Assembly (NCBI GenBank): GCA_042570265.1
Contig: JBHPGU010000005.1
Location: 228 to 64,227 of the forward strand
Source: Candidatus Omnitrophota bacterium
GTDB lineage: Bacteria > Omnitrophota > Gorgyraeia > Velamenicoccales > JABMQK01
Direction: 5' to 3'
DNA length: 64,000 nt
Every line of letters starts with the position of its first letter. Within the stretch, counting starts at the first letter, position 1. Positions 9,630 through 19,108 of this stretch are shown here, piece by piece. Under the pieces are notes generated by a model. It saw only the letters and a program-made list of their open reading frames with translations. It was not told the DNA's origin and did no database searches. The translations under genes were made by a program, and so were the position numbers.

Positions 9630-10274
9630 ATGAAACTCGACTATATTAAGAAACAATTAAAGACGAAAAGTTTTAGCCAGATTATTGGCAAGGTGATTAG
9701 AGTCATAGGTGGGACCTTTTTCTCAAGAACAGAGTGTGAGCTTCTGAAGTTTACAGAGTTACCTATGGATACAAGTGTCTTGGAAAGATTTAAAGTTGAT
9801 TTAAGGGTCATTTCGCCAGATGAAATAAATCTTTTGTCCGATAGAGAACACTATTCAAAAAAAATATGGGGTGATCATTGGCGTCAGGGAGCGCAATTAT
9901 TGGGCGCAGTATGGAACGAAAAAATAGTTGAATATTGTTGGATTATTTCAGATGGGTCTTATCGTGATATTTTTGATGGTTTTTACATCAAACTTAACCC
10001 AGGCGAATGCTATCTTTTTGATTATAGGGCCTTAAAAGGCAAGCCTGAGGATTTGCGCCACTATAGAACTATGAAAGGATTAGTACAATTTGTTTTTCAT
10101 TTAATGAAAAATCGCATTCCGAACCGTAAAAATGTCTGTTATGCAGTGGTGACAAAGGTTAATCAAAAGTCCCTATTCTTTTTCAAAAAACATTTTAACG
10201 CAGAATTAGTGGCCGATGTTACGTTGTATCGATCTCTATTTTGGAAGTGGTCTAGACAAAAAAAGGCGGTTTAA
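9630..10274 (+). CDS. Hypothetical protein (weak GNAT-like C-terminus)
   Basis: 214-aa ORF, 7 nt after the upstream stop, and the only long ORF here. I recognise no diagnostic motif. Confidence 0.45.
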   Translation: MKLDYIKKQLKTKSFSQIIGKVIRVIGGTFFSRTECELLKFTELPMDTSVLERFKVDLRVISPDEINLLSDREHYSKKIWGDHWRQGAQLLGAVWNEKIVEYCWIISDGSYRDIFDGFYIKLNPGECYLFDYRALKGKPEDLRHYRTMKGLVQFVFHLMKNRIPNRKNVCYAVVTKVNQKSLFFFKKHFNAELVADVTLYRSLFWKWSRQKKAV

Positions 10275-10278
10275 AGAG

Positions 10279-11754
10279 ATGTTGCTCAAAAGACTATTCA
10301 ATAAAGAAACTATAGGCCAATCAGCAGGGATTGTGCTATTTTTTGCAATGCTGCAGCGAGTCATCCAGACAGGCCGCGGCATTGTATTCGCCAGGCTCTT
10401 GGGTCCTGGTGAATATGGTGCTTATACATTAGCTTATTTTTTTATTCCTTTAGCTGTTACCATAGCCAGATTAGGGATCCCTTCTTGTTTTAACAGGTAC
10501 ATACCTCAATATGAACAAAAAGGGGCTTTAAGGAATTTCCTTAAAAAAACCTATTTGCTTGTAATATCTGGTGGCGCGTTTATCTCTCTTGTCTGCTTTT
10601 TTAACTCCGGAACGCTATCGCAGATAATATACGGCTCATCTCAATACCAGAGAGTAATAGCTATCTGTGCCTTGACCATATTTCCTTATGTCATATTCGA
10701 GGCTTTGATTTATTCTTTTTCAGGGATGCGTGTTTTTAAGGTAGCTTCCGCACTAAGAGTTGGCCAGCTCTCTATATTTACCGTACTGGGGATTATATTC
10801 GTAGTATTTCATCCTAAAGCCGAATCAACAATTTTAGCAGATCTTATTTCATTTATATTGGTAGTGACTTTCTTCAGCCTTATATTTCGAAAACATCTTT
10901 CCAGTCTTAGTACACAGAACTTGAAAATAAGAGAGCATGATTTTTATGGAAAGATATTCAAATTTTCCATATTCTTTGTAATTTCGCCGATTATTAATAC
11001 GGTATTCAATTATACCGACCGTTGGATGCTCGGGCGTCTCACTGATCTGCCTAGTGTAGGGATCTACTCTATAGCCATTAATATAACTGGGATCATATTC
11101 TTATTTGGCATGATCGCAGGCAATGTCTTATTGCCAAGTATGAGCAATATTTGGGAACAGGGGGACAGAAAAAAAGTTATGCATATGTTGAATTTCGCCC
11201 TGAAGATGAATACTATATTTCTTTTGTTTGGGGCTTTGATTTTATTCCTGCTTAAAAGTCAGTTAGTCTCTATATTGTATGGAACAGATTATGTCCAGTG
11301 TTTACCGGTCGTGGGGATATTATTGATCTTTTGGCTGCACCACGGCATCTACTGGACAGTGGCTGGATATGCAGAGATCATGGAGAAGACCTATATCCCG
11401 CTTATTTGTTGTAGTGTTGGTTTGATAAGCAATGTATTTCTTAACTATATTTTGATCCCGCAATATGGGATTATGGGAGCAGCTGTGGCCAGTACTTTTT
11501 CATTTTCCCTTATAGTAGTTATGATGCATTTATGGTTTAGAAAATTAGGTTTAAAAATTGAGTCCAAAACGATTCTTGTATGCATTTTTCCTCTTATTTT
11601 CGTGTTTAGCACTCTGGTTGTGGTTATCTTCTTTATAGTATTACTTGGTGTTATTTTAGGTACTAATTTTATCGTGACCAGGGACGAAAAGGAAATATGT
11701 ATTAGAAAGTTTAAAGAAGCAGCCTCAAAGTTTAAGAAGAAAAAACAACAGTGA
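10279..11754 (+). CDS. wzx: Polysaccharide flippase, Wzx / MOP superfamily
   Basis: Polytopic membrane protein of about 490 aa with 12-14 hydrophobic segments. I moved the start to ATG 10279, just after the upstream stop. The N-terminus is duplicated as a fragment at 8375. Confidence 0.75.
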   Translation: MLLKRLFNKETIGQSAGIVLFFAMLQRVIQTGRGIVFARLLGPGEYGAYTLAYFFIPLAVTIARLGIPSCFNRYIPQYEQKGALRNFLKKTYLLVISGGAFISLVCFFNSGTLSQIIYGSSQYQRVIAICALTIFPYVIFEALIYSFSGMRVFKVASALRVGQLSIFTVLGIIFVVFHPKAESTILADLISFILVVTFFSLIFRKHLSSLSTQNLKIREHDFYGKIFKFSIFFVISPIINTVFNYTDRWMLGRLTDLPSVGIYSIAINITGIIFLFGMIAGNVLLPSMSNIWEQGDRKKVMHMLNFALKMNTIFLLFGALILFLLKSQLVSILYGTDYVQCLPVVGILLIFWLHHGIYWTVAGYAEIMEKTYIPLICCSVGLISNVFLNYILIPQYGIMGAAVASTFSFSLIVVMMHLWFRKLGLKIESKTILVCIFPLIFVFSTLVVVIFFIVLLGVILGTNFIVTRDEKEICIRKFKEAASKFKKKKQQ

Positions 11755-13874
11755 TGATAGAGTTAAAAACAATAAAAAGCCGGCCTCTTATAGAGATCAA
11801 ATATGTGCTGAATATATTTTTAGCCTTTATTTTGATCTTTACTCTTTGTTTTAATTCGGCCTTTGCGAGTGAGATACTGCAAAGATCTCAGCATTGGGAA
11901 TTTGCCGGCTGGTTCGGCGGAGGCTTCTATCCCAATACTGAATTTGACCCCAATATAAGGAACAGGGTCTATCTGGTCTCGGATGTTGCCGGTATATGGA
12001 AGAGTAATGACCTGGGTAATAACTGGGCCCCTATTAACAATGGTCTGGGAAATTTGAACGTTAGCTTCCTTGAAGTAGCACCTTCAAATTCTGATATTTT
12101 ATATGCGGGGACTCGCATGGGGCTATTTCGTTCTAAGGATCAAGGGGGGAGCTGGGTATCGTGTGATAATCATTCCGGAAAGATATCTTTTAAGAGACCC
12201 CTTAATTATCGAAGCCTGGCTATTTCTAGAGAAAATCCAAATACCCTTATAGCAGGTACTGAAAAAGGGGAGATCTATTCTTCTGATGACTTTGGAGATA
12301 GCTGGGAGAATATTAAACTTCCCGGAACTTTATCGAAAATAAGGGCACCCATTCCTGTTGTTCAATTTGATGCCGATGAGACAGGGCTTTATGCGGCGCT
12401 AGATAATGAATTTTATCACTATTCACTAGAAAGTCGGGCCTGGAAACCATTGAGGAGTTCTGCTGAACAGATAACGGACTTCTTTACCACCGAAGACGAA
12501 GTCCCTACAATCTGTTTAGCCGGAGGGAGCTTTCTACTTATCTCGGATGATGGCGGTGAGTCTTGGCGCTCTTCATCTAAGATACCTAAAGGGATCGCTT
12601 ACCGTGTAGTTGTTTTCAACTTCAATCAGAGCCGCGTTATCGCCGTGGTTTGGAGGGAAGGTTGGCAGGGAGGAGTTTATCTAAGCAAAGATGGAGGACT
12701 ATCTTGGGAGGATAGTAGTGATCTTAAGTTTGATAAGAATTCAAATCCTACCCGAATTTGGGCTAATGGTGGAGACATGTTTGTTTCTTTAAAGGTCAAC
12801 CCCTTTGATTCCACAGTGTTATTTATTACAAGTGCCTGGGGTGTTTTTAGAAGTGATAATACGGGGAGCAGTTGGGTAGAGAAGGTTAAAGGAGCTCCTA
12901 ATACGGTCGGCTCTGATATCCATATTACTGCCCGTGGAGAGATATACGTAGCTACTATGGACAATGGCTTGTTAAAGAGTACTGACTCAGGTAGGAGCTA
13001 TAAGACGCTCTTCCCTAAGGATAGGTATAAAGAAGATATCAATGGACATGTTTGGCGGGTGGCTACTAGTCCTAGAGATTCTAAGAATGTGATTATTACC
13101 TCTTCACCTTGGAACGTGGATTACAACCAGGTGGTTATCAGTAAGGATGCAGGCAAGAGTTTTATCGCGGCTCGGGATGGGTTGCCTAATGGTAGGCCTA
13201 ATAAAAATACTATGTGGGAGGAAGGTTATCCTCGGGCACTAGCTCTAGACCCCAACAAGCCCTGGTTGGTTTATTTAGGTATAGATGGAGATGACGGGGG
13301 AGGCCTGTTTATTTCTCATGACGCAGGCTGGCACTGGAAGTATTCAAAAGGACAGCCAGGGTCTAGAAGAATTTATAATGCTTTGGCCGTAGACCCCACA
13401 AATTCCGATCGGCTAATTTGGGGTGCTTATGGAGAAAAGGGAGGTATCTATGTTTCGCAAGATAGAGGAGAATCCTGGGAATACGTATTTAACCGAATGA
13501 CTAAAGTCTTTGATTTGGTAGTCAATCCGGATGGCTGGATTTATGCCGCCGGAGATTTCGATGGCCCCGCAGTCTTTATTTCTAAGGACAACGGAAAGAA
13601 TTGGTCTCTTCTGAAAAAATTTCCCGGGGAAGGAGCAGCTGAGGCCTTGCTAATACATCCCCAAGACTCTAGAAGGATAGGGGTCAGTGCCGTAAAATGG
13701 TATGGAGATGCTGATGGGAAGATTTATGAAAGCCAAGATGGAGGCCAGAGTTGGTTGGAAATTACAGGAGATTTACCTCCAGGGCAGGGTGCTGCTGCCA
13801 TGGCCTTTAATATTAAGGATTCCAGTTTATATATTACCCGTTATGCTGGATCCGTATACAAAACAAAATGGTAA
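11751..13874 (+). CDS. Secreted/anchored BNR (Asp-box) repeat beta-propeller protein, probable glycoside hydrolase-like
   Basis: The start overlaps the wzx stop (ATGA). There is an N-terminal hydrophobic segment. 12 S-x-D-x-G-x-x-W/F/Y motifs follow: SNDLGNNW, SKDQGGSW, SDDFGDSW, SDDGGESW, SKDGGLSW, SDNTGSSW, STDSGRSY, SKDAGKSF, SHDAGWHW, SQDRGESW, SKDNGKNW, SQDGGQSW. Confidence 0.8.
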   Translation: MMIELKTIKSRPLIEIKYVLNIFLAFILIFTLCFNSAFASEILQRSQHWEFAGWFGGGFYPNTEFDPNIRNRVYLVSDVAGIWKSNDLGNNWAPINNGLGNLNVSFLEVAPSNSDILYAGTRMGLFRSKDQGGSWVSCDNHSGKISFKRPLNYRSLAISRENPNTLIAGTEKGEIYSSDDFGDSWENIKLPGTLSKIRAPIPVVQFDADETGLYAALDNEFYHYSLESRAWKPLRSSAEQITDFFTTEDEVPTICLAGGSFLLISDDGGESWRSSSKIPKGIAYRVVVFNFNQSRVIAVVWREGWQGGVYLSKDGGLSWEDSSDLKFDKNSNPTRIWANGGDMFVSLKVNPFDSTVLFITSAWGVFRSDNTGSSWVEKVKGAPNTVGSDIHITARGEIYVATMDNGLLKSTDSGRSYKTLFPKDRYKEDINGHVWRVATSPRDSKNVIITSSPWNVDYNQVVISKDAGKSFIAARDGLPNGRPNKNTMWEEGYPRALALDPNKPWLVYLGIDGDDGGGLFISHDAGWHWKYSKGQPGSRRIYNALAVDPTNSDRLIWGAYGEKGGIYVSQDRGESWEYVFNRMTKVFDLVVNPDGWIYAAGDFDGPAVFISKDNGKNWSLLKKFPGEGAAEALLIHPQDSRRIGVSAVKWYGDADGKIYESQDGGQSWLEITGDLPPGQGAAAMAFNIKDSSLYITRYAGSVYKTKW

Positions 13875-13883
13875 GGAGAAACT

Positions 13884-15023
13884 TTGATAAAAGTCCTTCA
13901 TCTAATTAAGACATTAAATCTTGGCGGAGCGGAATTGAATCTTTTTAATCTTGTCCAAGGCATCGACCGAGAGCTATGCGAGATTCATGTTGGATATTCA
14001 TTTGGAGGGGAGCTTGAGGAGAGGTTCAAAAATATAGGGGTAAAACTATTTAAATTTGCCGAAGGCAGCCATAAAATTAAAAGCTTTGCTTCGTTTTCTA
14101 TTATATGGAAAATAGTCATTTATATTTTGAGAAATAAAATAGATATAGTTCATACCCATATCTTTAATGCGCATATTTGGGGAAGTATTGCCGCAAAGAT
14201 CACCGGGGCAAAGATAGTAGAACATGTCCACGATTCGCGCTATTTATCACCGGCTGACTTCCAGAAGAGCCGCGAGTTTAACAAGCAATACAGGTATGTT
14301 AAATATTTAAAAAAAGTCTCTGACATGGTCATTGTTCTGACTAAGCAGAATTATGATTTTATCCTCAATAATAGATTATATGATAAGGCCCAGGTGAGAG
14401 AGATCCAGAACGGCATACCCATTCTAAACGAAAACAATATGAAAGCAGATGCCCGGAAGGAGTTAATGCGCAATTTAGGCATCAAGGAAAATAGTTTGAT
14501 TATATTAACCGCTACGCGCATATCACCGGAAAAGAATATGGAGTTGATTTTTAGTATTGCGCCCATGATAAAAAAAGAGTGCCCGAATGCGGTTTTCATT
14601 ATTTCCGGGGACGGTCCATTATTTAAGGAGTTTCAAGCAAAATGCAAGGGGCCAGATGATACAATTAAGATGATAGGATATTATCCTCGAGTAGACAACT
14701 TGTTGCGGATATCTCATATTTTCCTATTACCGTCTTTTTTAGAACTCCATTCGCTGGCCATCCTTGAAGCTATGAGCATGAAGATCCCAGTAGTGATTTC
14801 AAATGTCGGCTGTAACGGTGAATTTTTCCAGAACTGGGATAATGGGGTTATTTTAGACCCTCTTACCAACGATGGTTGGGCAGAAGCTCTCCTAAAACTT
14901 CTTAATGATGTAAAGCTGCGACAATCAATAGGTCAAAAAGGTTATGAGTTGTGTGAACAGCGTTTTGAAATTAAAAATATAGCCAAGAAAATTGAGAGAA
15001 TCTATGTTGGGCTCGTTAAATAA
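13884..15023 (+). CDS. Glycosyltransferase family 4 (GT-B fold)
   Basis: N-terminal LGGAELNLFNL. C-terminal E-x7-E region: FLLPSFLELHSLAILEAMSMKIPVV. TTG start as given in the ORF track. Confidence 0.8.
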   Translation: MIKVLHLIKTLNLGGAELNLFNLVQGIDRELCEIHVGYSFGGELEERFKNIGVKLFKFAEGSHKIKSFASFSIIWKIVIYILRNKIDIVHTHIFNAHIWGSIAAKITGAKIVEHVHDSRYLSPADFQKSREFNKQYRYVKYLKKVSDMVIVLTKQNYDFILNNRLYDKAQVREIQNGIPILNENNMKADARKELMRNLGIKENSLIILTATRISPEKNMELIFSIAPMIKKECPNAVFIISGDGPLFKEFQAKCKGPDDTIKMIGYYPRVDNLLRISHIFLLPSFLELHSLAILEAMSMKIPVVISNVGCNGEFFQNWDNGVILDPLTNDGWAEALLKLLNDVKLRQSIGQKGYELCEQRFEIKNIAKKIERIYVGLVK

Positions 15024-16407
15024 TAAAACAGTCATTTTTCTAACTGTCGCTATAAGTCTCTTGTTTGGGTGGGCACTGTCTTTATTTTTGCCCGAAGTGT
15101 CCTCAAATGAATTCTTTGTCTTTACTATTCCTTTGATTTTAGTAGTTATTCTACTTACGCTAATTAGCGTAAAGTCTATGTTGGTGGCCTTGCTTTTTTC
15201 CAGGGTGCTGCTTGATCCCTTATTTAACATTACAAAAATAAGCATTGCCGGAGACGATATAGGGGCAGGAGGAGTGCTAAATTTCTTAATAGTGATCCTT
15301 GCACTTTTCTTGATTTTACGCCAGCCCAGACGTCTCTCTGGCAACAGTCTTTATAAAAGCTGGATCGTCTTTCTGTCTATTTGTGGTATTGCCATAGTGT
15401 ATACGCCTGTTCCTGGCCAAGCCGTAAGCTTGTTTCTTAATTTGATAAGCTATATGTCTATGGCGATGATACCGTTCTTTGTTATCAATAATAAAGATGA
15501 TAAAAGGTTTTGGCTCAAGATGCTCTTCTTTTCATCTTTCTTGCCCGTTTTTTATGCGACTTTTGATTTATTTATGGGGGGCACTGTTGACATATATGAA
15601 GGAATGCGCATACAGGGAAGTTTTACGCATCCGAATATATTAGCCTTCTATCTAGTTTTAGTGATTGCAATGACGTTTTATGTGTTTAAAAGCGGCATCT
15701 TTAGATTAACCAGAACTAGAAGGAATATGCTGCGACTTTATTTGATTATCTTATTCATTCTTCTTCTGGCTACAAAAACAAGGAATGCCTGGATGTCTTG
15801 TTGGGCATTGTTCTTGATATACGGTTTATTAAAAGAGAAGAAATATATCTTTTTTTGTATCTTTATGCCGCTTTTATTATTGGTTCATCCGGATAGCTTT
15901 GGTAGAATCCTTAATTTATTTACAGGGACAAGTGAACGATATGGGGGAAGATTAAATTCTTTTGCCTGGCGAGTAAAATTATGGAGAGATTGCTTGCTTT
16001 TTATGAAAGATAAATTTGTTTTTGGGTATGGCCTAGATTCGTTCTCAGAGTATTCTTATGTTTTTTCCACTGAGAATCTGTGGGTCAGAAGATCCTTCGC
16101 TGCTCATAATACCTACCTTGAGTTTTTATTTGGCGCGGGCATATTAGGGCTTATAAGTTACATTATGATTTTCATCAATGTTCTCAAATTACTTTATGTT
16201 AAGGCTAAAAAAACAACTGCTAATTTATCCTTAGGGTACGCGCTCGTTCTATCTTATGTCATAAGCTATATGATTATTTGTTTTGCCGATAATATGGAGC
16301 GTTATCTCGTATTTAACTGGTATTTTTGGTTTTTTATAGGCATTGTGTTGAGGGGCATGCAATTCGATGATACAAAAAAAGATATCCATAATAATTCCAT
16401 CCTTTAA
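15004..16407 (+). CDS. Wzy-type polymerase / O-antigen ligase family membrane protein
   Basis: Polytopic protein. Wzy_C-like segments: THPNILAFYLV, TKTRNAW, AHNTYLEFLFGAG. ATG 15004 is preferred over TTG 14992. Confidence 0.7.
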   Translation: MLGSLNNKTVIFLTVAISLLFGWALSLFLPEVSSNEFFVFTIPLILVVILLTLISVKSMLVALLFSRVLLDPLFNITKISIAGDDIGAGGVLNFLIVILALFLILRQPRRLSGNSLYKSWIVFLSICGIAIVYTPVPGQAVSLFLNLISYMSMAMIPFFVINNKDDKRFWLKMLFFSSFLPVFYATFDLFMGGTVDIYEGMRIQGSFTHPNILAFYLVLVIAMTFYVFKSGIFRLTRTRRNMLRLYLIILFILLLATKTRNAWMSCWALFLIYGLLKEKKYIFFCIFMPLLLLVHPDSFGRILNLFTGTSERYGGRLNSFAWRVKLWRDCLLFMKDKFVFGYGLDSFSEYSYVFSTENLWVRRSFAAHNTYLEFLFGAGILGLISYIMIFINVLKLLYVKAKKTTANLSLGYALVLSYVISYMIICFADNMERYLVFNWYFWFFIGIVLRGMQFDDTKKDIHNNSIL

Positions 16408-17266
16408 TTCCGGCTTGACAGTAGAACATACTCTTAAGGCATTGGATTTACAAACGAGGAAAGATCTGCTATCAGAAATTATAGTGGTCGATTCATCTGA
16501 TGATATACAGACAAAAAGAATGCTGTCTAGATACGAATCTAGCCAGATAAGGGTCCTAGATGCGGGCGTTAAGGTCATGCCAGCCATCGGTAGAAATATT
16601 GGGGCTAGACAGGCGAGAGGCGAAATATTGGCTTTTCTCGACGCAGATGCCTATCCAGCTTATGATTGGCTTAAGAATATAGCAGAAGCCTATGAAAAAG
16701 GTTGTCAGGTAGGAGGAGGGTGTATTGTTTTGCCGGATTTCCAAAAGAATAAACCCATTGCTTTGGCGCAATACTATCTCCAATTCAATGAATATATGTG
16801 TACAGGAAGCGATAGGATTAAGAATTTTGTCCCCTCGTGTAATATGTTTTGTGACAGGGAATTATTTCAAAAAGTAGGGGGTTTCCCCGAGATGCGAGCT
16901 GCAGAAGATGTCCTTTTTGGTTTGAAGGTAAATAAAACCCATCAGCTGTGGTTTCTACCTAAGGCGAAAGTGTATCATATCTTTAGAGAGAACTGGAAAG
17001 GATTCCTTAGAAATCAGGTACTTCTAGGAAAATATGTCATTATTTATCGAAAGAACTATTACGATACCTTAATATACAAGGGGATAGTGCCATTGATGCT
17101 GTTTCCGATATTTTTGTGCATAAAGTTGCTTAGAATGGTGTTGCGAATATTCCAATCAGGATGGCACCATATTTATAGGTTTATGATGGCATCGCCGGTT
17201 TTTTTGATTGGCTTATTGTTTTGGAGTGTTGGTTTCATAAAAGGTTGTATCATAAGGGAAGAATGA
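16367..17266 (+). CDS. Glycosyltransferase family 2
   Basis: ISIIIPSFNS, VVDSSDD and FLDADAYP (DXD) motifs, with C-terminal TM helices. Confidence 0.8.
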   Translation: MIQKKISIIIPSFNSGLTVEHTLKALDLQTRKDLLSEIIVVDSSDDIQTKRMLSRYESSQIRVLDAGVKVMPAIGRNIGARQARGEILAFLDADAYPAYDWLKNIAEAYEKGCQVGGGCIVLPDFQKNKPIALAQYYLQFNEYMCTGSDRIKNFVPSCNMFCDRELFQKVGGFPEMRAAEDVLFGLKVNKTHQLWFLPKAKVYHIFRENWKGFLRNQVLLGKYVIIYRKNYYDTLIYKGIVPLMLFPIFLCIKLLRMVLRIFQSGWHHIYRFMMASPVFLIGLLFWSVGFIKGCIIREE

Positions 17267-17267
17267 T

Positions 17268-18020
17268 ATGAGAATCTTGAATGTTAATTATGACAATATA
17301 TCAATGGCGGAGGCTTTAGAGAAGGCTTGTTATCTACTTCGGGAGAACAGCAAGTCGAACGTATTCTTTTTAAACGCGGATTGTTTATATAAAGCCCAAA
17401 AGGATAGCAGGTATCGGGATATTCTGAATTCAGCGCAACTACTCTTACCTGATGGAATTGGATTAAGGATAGTAACAGAGTTGTTCGGCGGTAAAATGAA
17501 AGATAATTGCAATGGTACAGATTTTTCCCCGCTTTTTATGGAGAGAGCGGCAAAAGAAGGGTATAGGATATTTTTTCTTGGCGGTAAAGAAGGAGTTGCA
17601 GAAAAAGCTGCCGAAAACACACGAAAGACAATCCCGGAAATTCTAATCGTAGGCACTCATTCGGGTTATTTTGATGACGATGGACTACTCATAAATACAA
17701 TCAATAATTCAGGAGCCGATATTCTATTTGTAGCCATGGGGGTTCCTGCACAAGAAAAATGGATTTATCAAAATAGAGTAAAATTAAATCCAAAATTATA
17801 CCTGGGCGTTGGCGCCTTGCTTGATTACTTATCAGGGCACATTGTGCGTGCGCCCAAATTCATTCGGGCAATACATCTAGAGTGGTTGTGGAGAATTGGC
17901 GTTGAGCCAAAAAGAATGTTTAAAAGATATATAGTTGATGGGCTAAGGCTTTTTTGGGTAGTACTAAGGCAAAAATATAGCGATCTAAAATTATTTAAGA
18001 AGCGCGGAGACGTGAATTGA
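17268..18020 (+). CDS. WecB/TagA/CpsF-family glycosyltransferase (GT26)
   Basis: LLLPDGIGL, FFLGGKEGVAEKAA, ADILFVAMGVPAQEKW, WLWRIGVEPKR. Confidence 0.8.
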   Translation: MRILNVNYDNISMAEALEKACYLLRENSKSNVFFLNADCLYKAQKDSRYRDILNSAQLLLPDGIGLRIVTELFGGKMKDNCNGTDFSPLFMERAAKEGYRIFFLGGKEGVAEKAAENTRKTIPEILIVGTHSGYFDDDGLLINTINNSGADILFVAMGVPAQEKWIYQNRVKLNPKLYLGVGALLDYLSGHIVRAPKFIRAIHLEWLWRIGVEPKRMFKRYIVDGLRLFWVVLRQKYSDLKLFKKRGDVN

Positions 18021-19057
18021 AAATTAAGAAAAAGCACCTGATAGGGGCCGTATTTTACTATGTCGGATTTTTAAGCCTAATTAATTATTTTCGAAAGAAA
18101 GTCCTTAAAAAGGGCAGTTTTACTATATTGACATATCACCGCATAAGCCATAGCGATTACGGCGATCCTTTCTTATCTGTCACTCCCTATGGCTTTGAAA
18201 TACAGATTCAATATTTAACAAATAAATATCGGGTAGTCTCTTTAGAAGAACTTATCCAGCGAATCCATTCTCCAAATACAGCTGTTGATGACTATGTAGC
18301 TATTACCTTTGATGATGGATACCGAGATAATTATACGAATGCCTACCCCATCTTAAATAAATATAATGTGCCGGTGACCATATTTCTGACTACAGGATTT
18401 ATCGGGACTGATAAGTTATTCTGGTGGGATAGAGTAACTAGGATTGTAAAGTCTATTATAAGAAAGAATCAACATATAGATTTCTCAAGGGACTTCTACC
18501 CAGAAAAAATAAAAGATGCGATAGCAGGAATCTCTTCAAGAGATGTATCTAGTTCTAGTAAAGTGATCTCCGCCCTGCTTAAAGAAATCAGTGAAGAGAA
18601 GAAAAACCTAATATTGGATGATTTAGAGAAACAGATACCATCCTTAGCAAGTGACGATCAAGGCCGGCCTTATCCATTAACCTGGGACGAAGTAAGGCAA
18701 ATGAGTGAGAAGGGCACAGAGTTTGGTTCACATACTGTTACTCACCCTATTTTGACAAGGATAGAGAGTAGTCAGGCCAGTAATGAAATTTTACATTCAA
18801 AGGTGGTACTAGAAGGTAAAATTGGCAAAAAAGTCCTACACTTTGCCTATCCTAATGGTGAAAAGTCAGATTTTGATGAGCGTATCAAACAATTTGTTAA
18901 AGATAACAACTACATAAGCGCTTGTACAACCATTAATGGGGCAAACACGATGAAAGATGATGTTTTTTCTTTAAAGAGGAGAGCGATAGGTAATTCTCCT
19001 ATTTGTGTCTTTGCATCGAAAATAGCGGGAATCTTTGATTTGTTAAACATCACTTAA
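18017..19057 (+). CDS. Polysaccharide deacetylase (NodB homology domain)
   Basis: ITFDDGYRDNY (Asp pair), GSHTVTHP (His motif), FAYPNGE. N-terminal TM anchor. The start overlaps the upstream stop. Confidence 0.8.
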   Translation: MKIKKKHLIGAVFYYVGFLSLINYFRKKVLKKGSFTILTYHRISHSDYGDPFLSVTPYGFEIQIQYLTNKYRVVSLEELIQRIHSPNTAVDDYVAITFDDGYRDNYTNAYPILNKYNVPVTIFLTTGFIGTDKLFWWDRVTRIVKSIIRKNQHIDFSRDFYPEKIKDAIAGISSRDVSSSSKVISALLKEISEEKKNLILDDLEKQIPSLASDDQGRPYPLTWDEVRQMSEKGTEFGSHTVTHPILTRIESSQASNEILHSKVVLEGKIGKKVLHFAYPNGEKSDFDERIKQFVKDNNYISACTTINGANTMKDDVFSLKRRAIGNSPICVFASKIAGIFDLLNIT

Positions 19058-19108
19058 TTGGAATGGGGTTGCGCGTAAGACAATGAAGGTATATAATAGG
19101 TAAAAGTT

